Shown: positions 28,127 to 38,892, counted from the stretch's first letter. The stretch is 64,000 nt of DNA from an uncultured Alphaproteobacteria bacterium (GCA_902537325.1 CACBAT010000005.1:18637-82636), one strand, 5' to 3'. Program-made: numbers and translations. The notes: generated by a model from the sequence alone, not told the origin.

Positions 28127-29463
28127 TGATTGCAGATCTAGTAAGCTATGAAACAATTGCAATAACTATGTTTGCAACAATGTTGCTGATGTTATTGACT
28201 GGGCAAAGAGTATTCGGAGCAATAGGTTTCGTTGCAGCAATGGCTGCATTATTATTATGGGGTGATGGCGCAGTTGAAATGCCTTACACTGCAGCATGGA
28301 AATTATTCAAATGGTATCCAATGCTTACATTACCATTATTCATTTACATGGGATATATGATATCTGAATCTGGTATTGCCGATGATCTTTATAGAATGTT
28401 TCATGTTTATTTTGGCGGTATAAAAGGTGGTTTAGCAATTGGCACAATGGGAATGATGGTTGCTATATCTGCAATGAATGGTCTGAGTGTTGCAGGAATG
28501 GCAATTGGAGCCACCATTGCTTTACCAGCAATGTTAAAACTTGGTTATGATAAAAGAATGATAACTGGTGTTGTCCAAGCAGGAAGCTCTTTAGGAATTT
28601 TAGTTCCACCTAGTGTTGTTCTTGTTTTATATGGAATGATTGCTAGGCAACCTGTTAGTAAATTATGGCTTGCTGGCATTATTCCTGGAATAATGATGGC
28701 AACATTATTTATTTTATACATTTACATAAGATGTAAGCTCCAACCTGAACTAGGTCCAGCTCTTCCAAAGGAAGAAAGACAAATTTCAAAAACTGAAAAA
28801 ATGAAATTGTTACAGGCAGGCTTAATACCTTTTGCAATTTTCTTTTCAATGACTGGATTATTTTTAATGGGTATCGCAAGTCTAGTGGAATGTTCTGCAG
28901 TAGGTGCATTTGGTGCAACTCTGGCAGCATTAGTTAAAGGTAAATTAAATTGGCCTGTGATTGAAAATACTTTGAAAAAAACTTTAGGTGTTTCGTGTAT
29001 GTTTATGTGGATAATCTTAGCTGCTTTAAGCTTTGGAGCAGTATTTGATGGTATAGGGGCAGTGAGAGCTATTGAAACTCTATTCATAGAAAGATGGAAC
29101 CTAAGTCCTTGGGGTGTTTTAATAATGATGCAGCTGTCTTACATTTTAATGGGAATGTTTTTAGATGATACAGCAATGTTAGTAATCGTTGCACCTTTAT
29201 ATGTTCCCTTAATAATTGCATTGGGTTTTAATCCAATTTGGTATGGGGTTTTGTATACAATTACATGTCAAATTGCATATATGACTCCACCATTTGGATA
29301 TAATTTATTTTTAATGCGAGCAATGGCTCCTAAAGAAATTGATCTCATAGATATCTACAGATCAATTATTCCATTTGTTTTAGTTATGTGTTTAGGTTTA
29401 GCTATAGTTATGATTTTTCCTGAAATTGCAACTTGGCTTCCTGATTATGTGTCTAGAAGATAA
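28123..29463 (+). CDS. TRAP transporter large permease (DctM-type)
   Basis: 446 aa, polytopic, with typical DctM length and composition. Confidence 0.85.
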   Translation: MMIADLVSYETIAITMFATMLLMLLTGQRVFGAIGFVAAMAALLLWGDGAVEMPYTAAWKLFKWYPMLTLPLFIYMGYMISESGIADDLYRMFHVYFGGIKGGLAIGTMGMMVAISAMNGLSVAGMAIGATIALPAMLKLGYDKRMITGVVQAGSSLGILVPPSVVLVLYGMIARQPVSKLWLAGIIPGIMMATLFILYIYIRCKLQPELGPALPKEERQISKTEKMKLLQAGLIPFAIFFSMTGLFLMGIASLVECSAVGAFGATLAALVKGKLNWPVIENTLKKTLGVSCMFMWIILAALSFGAVFDGIGAVRAIETLFIERWNLSPWGVLIMMQLSYILMGMFLDDTAMLVIVAPLYVPLIIALGFNPIWYGVLYTITCQIAYMTPPFGYNLFLMRAMAPKEIDLIDIYRSIIPFVLVMCLGLAIVMIFPEIATWLPDYVSRR

Positions 29464-29560
29464 TTAATTTGTTTATAAAGTATCGCTAATTTTCTTGATT
29501 TATTTTTTTTAAAATAGTTAAATCACTTATTATTTCAATTTACTTTTGAAAGGAGGTATT

Positions 29561-30631
29561 ATGAAAAATAAAAAAAATCTCACTAAAAGACGTGAGTTTT
29601 TAAAAAAAGCTGGATTAATATCTGCTGGCGCAATTGGGGCTTCAACTTTAGCAGCTCCGTATGGTTATGCAGCAACTAATCCTATTAAATGGAGACTACA
29701 AACATATTCAGGTGCACCATTAGGAGCACATGTAGTTCTTCCTCAAATTGAAGCATTTAATAAAGCTGCCCATGGTGAAATGGAAATCGAACTTTTTTAT
29801 GCTGATCAATTAGTACCTACAGATGAGCTATTTAGAGCTATGCAAGCTGGAACCATTGATGCTGTTCAGAGTGATGATGCTACAATGGGATCGCCAGTAG
29901 ATATATCTGTTTTTGGAGGATATTTTCCATTTGCAACAAGGTATAGCTTGGATGTGCCAGCAATGTTTAAATATTATGGTCTAGATGAAATTTGGGCAGA
30001 GGCATATGGAGAAGTAAGAGATGTGACATGGTTAAGTACTTCTGCTTGGGATCCATGTCATTTATTTACAGTAGATAAAAAAATTACCTCACTTGCTGAT
30101 ATGAAAGGTTTACGAGTTTTTGGTGTTCCGACAGCTGGTCGTTTCTTAGCACAGTATGGCTTAATTCCTGTAATTGTCCCTTGGGATGATGTTGAAGTTG
30201 CAATGCAAACAGGCGAGCTTGATGGTGTATGTTGGTGTGGATTTACTGAAGCTTATGAGGTTGGTTGGGCTGATATTTGTAATTATGCGTTAACTAATTC
30301 TGTAACAGGTGCTTGGTTTGGTTCATACTTTGCCAATTCTAAAAGTTGGGAAAAACTGTCACCCAAACTTCAAGAATTATTTAAGATGTCTATTGATCAA
30401 TCTCATTACTATAGACAAGTTTGGTATTGGGGTGGTGAAGCAGACTTAAGGGTAAATGGTAAAAAAATGGAACTTACTAGTCTACCAGCAAATGAATGGT
30501 CAGGAGTTGTAAAAGATGCTGAAAAATTCTGGGATGATGTAGCTAGTTCAAGCCCTAGAAGTGGTAAAGTTGTAGATGCATTCAAATTATATGCATCAAC
30601 AATGGATAAAGCAGGATATCCTTATAGATAA
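29561..30631 (+). CDS. TRAP transporter substrate-binding protein (DctP-type) with twin-arginine signal
   Basis: The ATG at 29561 is preceded by AAGGAGG. The N-terminus KRREFLKKAGLISAGAIGASTLAAPYGYA has the form of a Tat signal. Confidence 0.8.
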   Translation: MKNKKNLTKRREFLKKAGLISAGAIGASTLAAPYGYAATNPIKWRLQTYSGAPLGAHVVLPQIEAFNKAAHGEMEIELFYADQLVPTDELFRAMQAGTIDAVQSDDATMGSPVDISVFGGYFPFATRYSLDVPAMFKYYGLDEIWAEAYGEVRDVTWLSTSAWDPCHLFTVDKKITSLADMKGLRVFGVPTAGRFLAQYGLIPVIVPWDDVEVAMQTGELDGVCWCGFTEAYEVGWADICNYALTNSVTGAWFGSYFANSKSWEKLSPKLQELFKMSIDQSHYYRQVWYWGGEADLRVNGKKMELTSLPANEWSGVVKDAEKFWDDVASSSPRSGKVVDAFKLYASTMDKAGYPYR

Positions 30632-30640
30632 TAATTTTAA

Positions 30641-30669
30641 TCCAGCACTTTAAAAGTGCTGGATTTTTT
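30641..30669 (+). terminator. Rho-independent terminator after the TRAP SBP gene
   Basis: The near-palindrome TCCAGCACTTT/AAAGTGCTGGA (30641-30663) is followed by TTTTTT (30664-30669). Confidence 0.7.
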
Positions 30670-30682
30670 CGAGGCTAACTTA

Positions 30683-32041
30683 ATGACAATTACTTTTAAC
30701 GATCTAAAAAAAGCTATCAAAAATGATGAAATTGATACGGTTTTAGTTTGTGTGTCAGATATGCAGGGAAGATTAAATGGTAAAAGAGTTACTGGCAAAG
30801 CATTTATAGATTACGTACATAAAGAAACACATATGTGTGATTATCTTTATACAGTTGATATGGATATGTTTACTGTTCCTGGATATAAATCTTCTTCATG
30901 GGAAACTGGGTATGGCGACATGACTGTAATCCCCGACTTGAAATCAATAAAAATTGCAACTTGGTTAGAAAAAACAGCTATTGTAATTTGTGATTGCCTT
31001 GACCATCATGGAAAAAAACCGCTTGTTCATTCAACTAGACAAATTTTAAAAGATGTTATTGCTAAGGCAAATAAAATGGGGTTTGATCCTATGATTGGAT
31101 CAGAATTAGAATTTTTTTTATTTGACCAAACCTATGATGAAATTCACAATAATAATTATAAAAATTTAAAAGAGTCATCTTGGTACATACAAGATTATAT
31201 GATTTTCCAAACAACTAAGGAAGAAGATGTTATGAGAGAGTTAAGAAATTCTCTCCTCAAATCTGGAATTTATGTTGAATGTTCAAAGGGTGAGGCAGCT
31301 CCTGGACAAGAAGAAATAAATGTTGTCTTCACAGACGCATTAAATATGGCAGATAATCACATTTTGATTAAAAATGCTGCTAAAGAAATTGCTTATAAGA
31401 AAAATAAAGCAGTCACATTTATGGCAAAATATAAAGAGAATGTAGGTGGCAGTTCTTGTCATGTTCATAATTCACTCTTTGATAAGAAAACAAAAAAAAA
31501 TATTTTTTATAATTCAAAGGATAAATTTGGAATGTCAGATATATTCAAAAGTTATGTTGCTGGTCAGATAAAATTTTTATCTGATATTTCTATTTTTTTA
31601 GCACCAAACATAAATTCTTATAAAAGATTCCAAGAGGGGTCTTTCGCTCCAACAAAGTCAGTTTGGGGTATAGATAATAGAACTGCTGGTTTTAGGTTAG
31701 CGGGTCATGGTTCTTCAATAAGAATAGAGTGTAGAGTACCAGGAGCAGATGTAAATCCTTATTTAGCTTTTGCTGCACTTGTCGGTGCTGGATTGTATGG
31801 AATAAAAAATAAACTTAAACTGGAGGAACCTTACAGTGGGAATATCTATGAAAAAAAAGTAAGAGAAGTTCCAAAGACATTAAATGCAGCAATTCAATTA
31901 GCAAAAAAATCAAAATTATTACCAGAAATTTTCCATTCTGATGTTTTAGAACATTATATCCATGCAGCTGAGTGGGAGCAAAAAGATTATGATATATCAG
32001 TTAACGACTGGCAGCTTAGAAGATATTTTGAAAGAGGATAA
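30683..32041 (+). CDS. Glutamine-synthetase-like gamma-glutamyl-amine ligase (PuuA/GmaS-type)
   Basis: GS catalytic-domain layout (GSELEFFLF, NSYKRF, RIECRVPGADVNPYLAFAA). I prefer the ATG at 30683 because the ORF-track GTG at 30656 lies inside the terminator hairpin. Confidence 0.8.
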   Translation: MTITFNDLKKAIKNDEIDTVLVCVSDMQGRLNGKRVTGKAFIDYVHKETHMCDYLYTVDMDMFTVPGYKSSSWETGYGDMTVIPDLKSIKIATWLEKTAIVICDCLDHHGKKPLVHSTRQILKDVIAKANKMGFDPMIGSELEFFLFDQTYDEIHNNNYKNLKESSWYIQDYMIFQTTKEEDVMRELRNSLLKSGIYVECSKGEAAPGQEEINVVFTDALNMADNHILIKNAAKEIAYKKNKAVTFMAKYKENVGGSSCHVHNSLFDKKTKKNIFYNSKDKFGMSDIFKSYVAGQIKFLSDISIFLAPNINSYKRFQEGSFAPTKSVWGIDNRTAGFRLAGHGSSIRIECRVPGADVNPYLAFAALVGAGLYGIKNKLKLEEPYSGNIYEKKVREVPKTLNAAIQLAKKSKLLPEIFHSDVLEHYIHAAEWEQKDYDISVNDWQLRRYFERG

Positions 32042-32043
32042 AA

Positions 32044-32802
32044 TTAAGGTTTAGCCCTAAGACCCCCGTCGACAATTAATTCAGTACCGGTAATAAAGCT
32101 GCTTTCATCGCTTAAAAGAAACATTGTTGAGTTTGCTATATCACTAGGTTGCCCAACTCTTCTAAGTGGTATAACCTTAGATAGATTTTTTTTCGATTCT
32201 GGATTTTTTTTCCATCTTTCCTGCATTGGAGTCTCTATTGGTCCTGGCAATATAGAATTTGATCTTATATTTTTGCTTGCAAACTGAATAGATATTGATT
32301 TAGAAAGGCGCAATAAAGCCGCCTTAGATGATCCATAAGCATCTTGAGGTTTATTGTCTCCAGATAAAGCATCAATAGATGAAATGTGAACTATAGATCC
32401 AAATTTATTTTTTTTCATTTGAGGAAGTATACTTTGTAAAATAATTACTATTGAATTAAGGTTTATAGAAAAAACTTTATTCCATGTGTTTATTTCAATT
32501 TTTTCTAAACTTACGTCTTTATCAAACCACAAAACACCTGCTGCATTAATTACATATTCAATTTTTTTATATTTTTTCTTTAGTTCTGTTAAACATAAAT
32601 GTAAATTTGTATAGTCTGATAAATCTATTTTTATAAATTCAACAAATTTATTTAATAGTATTTTTTTACTTGGTGTATTTATGTCTAAAATTATGACTTT
32701 AATTTTATTTTTGATTAATTTTTCTACTATTGATAATCCAATTCCACCAGAGCCACCAGTAATAAGAGCTGTTCTTCCTGAGAAATTTAATTTCATAAAC
32801 AA
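32044..32802 (-). CDS. Short-chain dehydrogenase/reductase
   Basis: 252 aa with TGGSGGIGLSI and the active-site motif YGSSKAAL. Only 2 nt separate its stop from the convergent GS-like stop. Confidence 0.8.
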   Translation of the reverse strand: MFMKLNFSGRTALITGGSGGIGLSIVEKLIKNKIKVIILDINTPSKKILLNKFVEFIKIDLSDYTNLHLCLTELKKKYKKIEYVINAAGVLWFDKDVSLEKIEINTWNKVFSINLNSIVIILQSILPQMKKNKFGSIVHISSIDALSGDNKPQDAYGSSKAALLRLSKSISIQFASKNIRSNSILPGPIETPMQERWKKNPESKKNLSKVIPLRRVGQPSDIANSTMFLLSDESSFITGTELIVDGGLRAKP

Positions 32803-32866
32803 ACTATATATATAATTTAAAAAAATTTAATTGATTTAATTAATTAAAATAACTAAACCAATTAAA

Positions 32867-34246
32867 ATGCTTAAAACTGTTAGTCCAATTGATAATTCTA
32901 TACTTGTAGAAAGAAATTTTGCGACAGATAGTGAAATAGAAACTGTTCTTCAAAATGCTTACGAGGCTAGGAAAGAGTGGAAAGAAACTTCTTTACGTGA
33001 AAGAAAAGAAATAATTAATAATTTTGTAAATTCATTCCTTTTAAATGATGAAGAAATCATTGAAAATTTATGCAAACAAATTGGAAGACCAATTATTCAA
33101 TGTCCTGGTGAAATGAGAGGTTTTGAAGAAAGAGCAAATTATATGATTGATAACGCTGATAGAGCTTTAGAGGATTTGGTATCTAGAAAAGACTCAGAGT
33201 TTGATAATTATATAAAAAAGGAACCACTTGGTACAATTTTTGTAATTGCACCTTGGAATTATCCGTTTAATACATCTGTTAACTCTATTGTTCCAAGTCT
33301 GTTATCAGGTAATACTGTTATTTTAAAACATTCATCTCAAACACCATTATGTGCTGAACAATTGTTTGATGCTGCTACCAAAGCATCATTGCCAAAGAAT
33401 ATATTTCAATTTCTTCATTTAAATCATTCATCTACTTCAAAAGTAATTTCTGACTATCGAATAAATCATGTTTTATTTACTGGTTCAGTAAGTGGAGGAA
33501 GAGAAATAAAAAAATCTATTGGCACAAGATTTATAGGTGCAGGATTAGAACTTGGAGGAAAAGATCCAGCATATGTGAGAAGTGATTGTAATCTTGAACA
33601 TGCAATCGAAAATTTAGTTGATGGTTCCTATTTCAATTCAGGTCAATCATGTTGTGGTATTGAAAGAATATATATTGATGAAAATATATATGATAAATTT
33701 GTAGATGGTTTTAAATCAATTACAGAAAAATATATTTTGGGAAATCCACTAGAAGAAAATACCAATTTAGGACCTGTTGTTAGAATGAATGCAGCAAAAT
33801 ATATTAGAACACAAGTTTCCCAAGCTTTAAACAAAGGTGCTAAAAATATAATTGACTCAAATAAATTTAAGGCTGATGATGGAACTAATTGCTATGTTAG
33901 TCCTTCAGCTCTTATAAATGTAGATCATTCAATGGAATTTATGAAAGAGGAAACTTTTGGACCAACCGTTGGAATAATGAAAGTTAAAAATGAAGAAGAT
34001 GCTATTAACCTTATGAATGATAGTGTTTATGGATTAACTGCTAGTATTTGGACTTCTGATAAAGAGTTTGCACAAAGTATGGGATCTCAAGTAGAGACAG
34101 GTACTTTTTTTATGAATAGATGTGATTATCTCGATCCAGGTCTTGCTTGGACAGGAGTAAAAGATACTGGCATTGGTGTTACTCTTTCAGTTTTAGGTTT
34201 TGATCATCTTACTCGAGCAAAAAGTTATCACATAAGGACAATTTAA
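32867..34246 (+). CDS. Aldehyde dehydrogenase family protein
   Basis: 459 aa with APWNYPF, ELGGKDPAYV, GQSCCGIERIY and EETFGP. Confidence 0.8.
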   Translation: MLKTVSPIDNSILVERNFATDSEIETVLQNAYEARKEWKETSLRERKEIINNFVNSFLLNDEEIIENLCKQIGRPIIQCPGEMRGFEERANYMIDNADRALEDLVSRKDSEFDNYIKKEPLGTIFVIAPWNYPFNTSVNSIVPSLLSGNTVILKHSSQTPLCAEQLFDAATKASLPKNIFQFLHLNHSSTSKVISDYRINHVLFTGSVSGGREIKKSIGTRFIGAGLELGGKDPAYVRSDCNLEHAIENLVDGSYFNSGQSCCGIERIYIDENIYDKFVDGFKSITEKYILGNPLEENTNLGPVVRMNAAKYIRTQVSQALNKGAKNIIDSNKFKADDGTNCYVSPSALINVDHSMEFMKEETFGPTVGIMKVKNEEDAINLMNDSVYGLTASIWTSDKEFAQSMGSQVETGTFFMNRCDYLDPGLAWTGVKDTGIGVTLSVLGFDHLTRAKSYHIRTI

Positions 34247-35400
34247 TGGAAATACAAAATATAAATTGGAATTATCCAACAAATATGTGGTTTGGTTTGA
34301 ATAGAATTAAAGAAATTCAAAAAGCATGTGATAATTTAAATATTAAAAATCCTTTGATAGTTACTGACCCAGGCATTCTTCAAACTGATATAATTAATAA
34401 AATTAATAGCTCCCTTAATCAAAAAGCAAATATATTTAGTAAAGTAAAATCAAATCCTACAAGTCAAAATGTAGAGGAGGGAGTTAAACAATTTAACCAC
34501 AATAATCACGATGGAGTAATAGCTGTAGGGGGTGGCTCTGGTATGGATACAGGAAAAGGTATCGCTTTTATGTCTAAACAAGAAAGATCATTATGGGATT
34601 TTGAAGATATTGGTGATTGGTGGACAAGAGCAATTAGTGATGCGATATTTCCTATTATTGCTGTTCCGACAACAGCAGGAACAGGCTCAGAGACTGGAAG
34701 AGCATCAGTTTTTACTAATGAAAAAACAAAAGAAAAAAAAATAATTTTCCATCCAAAAATGCTGCCTTCTATAGTTATACTTGATCCTGATTTAACAATA
34801 CCATTACCTTCATCATTAACAGCATATACTGGTATGGATGCTTTGGCCCATTGTTTTGAAGCTTATTCATCTAATAATTTTCATCCTCTTTCTCAAGGAA
34901 TAGCTTTAGAAGGGATAAAGATGATCAAGGATAATTTAATTCTAGCCTATAAAGATGGAAAAAATATAAAAGCTCGAGCTAATATGCTTGCAACATCTTC
35001 TATGGGCTCAATAGCTTTTCAAAAGGGTTTAGGTGCTATCCATTCTTTAAGTCATCCTGTTGGTGCAATTTATAATACACATCATGGATTAACCAATGCA
35101 GTATTTATGCCTTATGTTTTACAATATAATAAAAAAGGAATTGAAGAAAAAATTATTGATATTTCAAGATATATAAATTTAAAATCAGCAACATTTAACA
35201 ATTTTATGGATTGGATTCTAGAGCTTAGATCTAATTTAAATATTCCTCATACTTTAAGTGAAATAATTGATGATGACAAAAATTTAGAAAAAATGAGTTT
35301 AATGGCTTTTAATGATCCATCAACAAGTACAAATCCTATACCAGTTAACGCAGAAGATTTTTTAAAAATGTATATTAACGCCTTTAAAGGTGATTTATAA
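34246..35400 (+). CDS. Iron-containing alcohol dehydrogenase
   Basis: 384 aa with GGGSGMDTGK and the His cluster HSLSHPVGAIYNTHHG. The start overlaps the upstream stop (TAATG). Confidence 0.8.
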   Translation: MEIQNINWNYPTNMWFGLNRIKEIQKACDNLNIKNPLIVTDPGILQTDIINKINSSLNQKANIFSKVKSNPTSQNVEEGVKQFNHNNHDGVIAVGGGSGMDTGKGIAFMSKQERSLWDFEDIGDWWTRAISDAIFPIIAVPTTAGTGSETGRASVFTNEKTKEKKIIFHPKMLPSIVILDPDLTIPLPSSLTAYTGMDALAHCFEAYSSNNFHPLSQGIALEGIKMIKDNLILAYKDGKNIKARANMLATSSMGSIAFQKGLGAIHSLSHPVGAIYNTHHGLTNAVFMPYVLQYNKKGIEEKIIDISRYINLKSATFNNFMDWILELRSNLNIPHTLSEIIDDDKNLEKMSLMAFNDPSTSTNPIPVNAEDFLKMYINAFKGDL

Positions 35401-35402
35401 AT

Positions 35403-36905
35403 TTATAGCGTTGCTCCAATTATCCAAGGATTAAATTCATCATCACCATAATCATTTATTTCACTCTTTGATTTTTCACCAGATGCAACTGAAATTATTT
35501 TTTCAAATATTTCTTTGCCAACTTCATTAACGCTTGCAACGTTATCCATAATAGTACCAGCATTGATGTCCATATCTTCACTAAGTTTATTATACATATT
35601 TGTATTTGTTGCTATTTTAATACTTGGAGTGGGTTTAAATCCAAAGCACGAACCTCGACCAGTAGTAAAATAAATAACATTAGCGCCAGAAGCAACTTGA
35701 CCAGTTACTGAAACAGGATCATAACCTGGAGAATTCATAAAGTTAAAACCTTTGGTTTTAACCTGTTCAGCATAATCGAGAACATCAACCATCTTTCTAT
35801 TTCCAGCTTTGGATACTGCGCCTAATGATTTTTCCAGAATTGTAGTTAAACCTCCTTTTTTATTACCAGGACTTGGATTATTATCTAATGTGCTATCGTT
35901 GCTAGCAACATATTTTTTCCACCATTCAATTTGTTTATTTAGTTTTTCTATATTTTTTTCGTTTGATGATTTTTCAAATAATAAATGTTCTGCTCCATAT
36001 ATTTCTGGAGTCTCTGATAGTAATGTTGTTCCACCATGATCAATAATCATATCTGAAGCAAAGCCTAGCGCAGGATTTGCAGTTATCCCAGAATACGAAT
36101 CTGAACCACCACATTGCAAAGCAACTGTTAGTTCTGAAATGGGTATATTTGTTCTAGAAATACTATTAATTTCATTTAGTTGATTAATAATTTTTGAAGT
36201 TACTTTCGTTATTATTTCATTTGTTCCACCTTCATCTTGAATATTCAAATATTCAATATTTCTTTTTTCCTGATCATTATTATACAAACTTATTTGGGCA
36301 CATTCGCATCCAAGTCCAATAACAAAAACTTTTCCAAAATTAGGATGAATTTTAAAACCTTCAATAGTTCTGTTAAATACATTCATGGCATATCCAGAAG
36401 TATTCATCCCACAACCTGATGAATGTTTTAAACAAACTGCCCCATCAATGTTATTAAAATTATTATTTTTTAAATAATTATTTATTTTATCAGATATTTT
36501 TTTAACAACTGTTGCTGAACAATTAACTGTACTAATTAAACCTATATAATTCCTAGTACCTGATGATCCATTATTCCTTTTAAAGCCTTTAAAGTATTCT
36601 GTTTTTTCACTTTTATTAATATCATTTCTAATATCTTTACGGATATATTCTCTTTTGAATTCACTATATCCCATATTATGGGAATGTACATGTTCACCAG
36701 GTTCTATATTTTTATTAGAGATTCCTATTATCTGACCATACTTAAAAATAAAATCACCACTTTTAATTTTTTTTAAAGAAATTTTATGGCCATAAGGAAT
36801 ATTATTTATAGATTTAATTCCATAATTTATATTAATATTCTGAGGAATATCCATTGGGGCAATTCCAATATTATCTTTTTCATTTAATTTGATTATGTTA
36901 AACAT
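35403..36905 (-). CDS. UxaA-family sugar-acid dehydratase (altronate/galactarate dehydratase-like)
   Basis: 500 aa with an N-terminal SAF-like domain and a UxaA-type C-terminal region containing conserved Cys residues. Confidence 0.75.
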   Translation of the reverse strand: MFNIIKLNEKDNIGIAPMDIPQNININYGIKSINNIPYGHKISLKKIKSGDFIFKYGQIIGISNKNIEPGEHVHSHNMGYSEFKREYIRKDIRNDINKSEKTEYFKGFKRNNGSSGTRNYIGLISTVNCSATVVKKISDKINNYLKNNNFNNIDGAVCLKHSSGCGMNTSGYAMNVFNRTIEGFKIHPNFGKVFVIGLGCECAQISLYNNDQEKRNIEYLNIQDEGGTNEIITKVTSKIINQLNEINSISRTNIPISELTVALQCGGSDSYSGITANPALGFASDMIIDHGGTTLLSETPEIYGAEHLLFEKSSNEKNIEKLNKQIEWWKKYVASNDSTLDNNPSPGNKKGGLTTILEKSLGAVSKAGNRKMVDVLDYAEQVKTKGFNFMNSPGYDPVSVTGQVASGANVIYFTTGRGSCFGFKPTPSIKIATNTNMYNKLSEDMDINAGTIMDNVASVNEVGKEIFEKIISVASGEKSKSEINDYGDDEFNPWIIGATL

Positions 36906-36933
36906 AACTTAGATTAATATATCATAAATAATC

Positions 36934-37704
36934 ATGAACGAAATCGCAACTTATCCATCACTAAAAGATAGAGTAGTGCTTATTACAGGGGGTGCCTCAG
37001 GAATTGGGGAAAGTATTGTCGAACAATTTGCTTCTCAAAAATCAAAAGTTGCATTTTTAGATATAAATGATGAGTTAGGTAACGAGTTATCAAAAAAAAT
37101 TAAAAACAAATATGATATTGATAGTCTATTTGTAAAATGTGATTTAAAAAATATAGAACAACTTAAAAGTTCATTAGAACAAGTAAAAAAAGAAATTGGG
37201 CCAATTTCAATTCTGGTAAATAATGCAGCAAATGATGAGAGACATGATCTAGATAGTATCACCCCTGAATATTGGGATGATAGAATGAATATTAATTTAA
37301 GACATTATTTTTTTGCAACTCAAGCTGTCTATAAAGACATGAAGGATTTAGGCAAAGGTTCTGTTGTAAATATAGGTAGTTTTTCATGGATGATTTCTCA
37401 AGGCGGTATGCCTGGATATACCACTGCAAAATCTGCGATTATGGGTTTAACAAGAACTTTAGCAAGAGATTTAGGTGTCTATAACATCAGAGTAAATTGT
37501 ATTGTTCCTGGCTGGATCATTACGGAGAGGCAAAAAAAATTATGGCTTACTCCAGAAATTAAAAAAACTCAACTTGAGAGACAATGTATTAAGAGAATGC
37601 TTATGCCTGAAGATATATCAAAGCCAGTTTTGTTTTTTGCATCAGATCAAAGTTCTGGTTGTACCGCACAAAATTATGTAATTGATGGTGGCATAGTTAA
37701 TTAA
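36934..37704 (+). CDS. Short-chain dehydrogenase/reductase
   Basis: 256 aa with TGGASGIGESI, NNAA and YTTAKSAI. Confidence 0.8.
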   Translation: MNEIATYPSLKDRVVLITGGASGIGESIVEQFASQKSKVAFLDINDELGNELSKKIKNKYDIDSLFVKCDLKNIEQLKSSLEQVKKEIGPISILVNNAANDERHDLDSITPEYWDDRMNINLRHYFFATQAVYKDMKDLGKGSVVNIGSFSWMISQGGMPGYTTAKSAIMGLTRTLARDLGVYNIRVNCIVPGWIITERQKKLWLTPEIKKTQLERQCIKRMLMPEDISKPVLFFASDQSSGCTAQNYVIDGGIVN

Positions 37705-38891
37705 TGAAAAAAAAATCCAAAATTGCTTTTGGTAGATTAGACTTACTTAGAAATGATACTTTAAATAATAAAAATAAAATTAGAATTGGTTTTATTGGTG
37801 GAGGTCCTAATTCATTTATTGGATACACACATAGGTTATCAGCAAGATTTGATAATAAATTTGAATTTGTTGCTGGAATATTTTCAAAGGATAAAAAAAA
37901 ATCTAAATCTTTTGGTTCTTCATTAGGATTAGCTGATGATCGTTGTTACAGTGATTATAAGTCTATGGCATCCGCTGAGTCAAAAAGAAACGATGGTATT
38001 CAAGCGCTTGGAATAATGACTCCATCGGGTGATCATTATAAGATAGCAAAAGCATTTGTTGAAAAAGGAATACATATTATTTGTGACAAGCCATTAACGG
38101 CAACAGTTGAGGATGCTGTTAAATTAAAAAAAGTAATTTTAAAAAATAAAATTGTATTTGCATTAACACACAATTACTCAAGCTATCCAATGCTACGAGA
38201 GGCAAAAAATATTGTTTCAAATCATAAATTAGGAAAAATCAATTTAATAAATGTTGAGTACCCCCAAGGTTATACAGTTGGAGTAAAAAAGAAAGATGAA
38301 AAAAGAACATTAAAATGGAGACTAGATAAAAAACAATCTGGGCCCTCAATGATTTTATCTGAAATTGGAACTCACGCGTATCATTTGTTGAGATATGTGA
38401 CTGGATTAGAAGCAAATGAAATATCGGCAGAAGTAAATTCATTATCCTCAGAAATTTCTGTTGATGATAATGCTTTTGTATTATTAAGAATGCGAAATAA
38501 GGCAAGAGGTATAATCTGGGTATCGTCTGCTGCTACTGGTGGAGAAAATGGTCTAAAAATTAGAGTGTATGGAACAAAAGGTTCAATAGAATGGTTACAG
38601 GATGATCCAAATAATCTAAAGTTTACAGAACTAGATAAACCAATGAAAGTTATAACAAGAGCAAGTAAATTAGTATCTAAATTTTCACTATCATCTTCAA
38701 GAATTGCTGCCGGTCACCCAGAAGGTTTTTTTGAAGCTTTTGCAAATATTTATTCAGAATTTGCTGATCAGATTCATAATAAAAATAAAAAATATTCATT
38801 TCCAACAATTGATGATGGTGTAGCTGGTATTAAATTTATTTATGCAGCAAAAAAATCTTCTAATTTAAATTCAAAGTGGATAAAAATCTAA
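37704..38891 (+). CDS. Gfo/Idh/MocA-family oxidoreductase
   Basis: 395 aa with an N-terminal Rossmann motif IGFIGGGPNSFIG and the CDKPL motif. Confidence 0.7.
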   Translation: MKKKSKIAFGRLDLLRNDTLNNKNKIRIGFIGGGPNSFIGYTHRLSARFDNKFEFVAGIFSKDKKKSKSFGSSLGLADDRCYSDYKSMASAESKRNDGIQALGIMTPSGDHYKIAKAFVEKGIHIICDKPLTATVEDAVKLKKVILKNKIVFALTHNYSSYPMLREAKNIVSNHKLGKINLINVEYPQGYTVGVKKKDEKRTLKWRLDKKQSGPSMILSEIGTHAYHLLRYVTGLEANEISAEVNSLSSEISVDDNAFVLLRMRNKARGIIWVSSAATGGENGLKIRVYGTKGSIEWLQDDPNNLKFTELDKPMKVITRASKLVSKFSLSSSRIAAGHPEGFFEAFANIYSEFADQIHNKNKKYSFPTIDDGVAGIKFIYAAKKSSNLNSKWIKI

Positions 38892-38892
38892 A

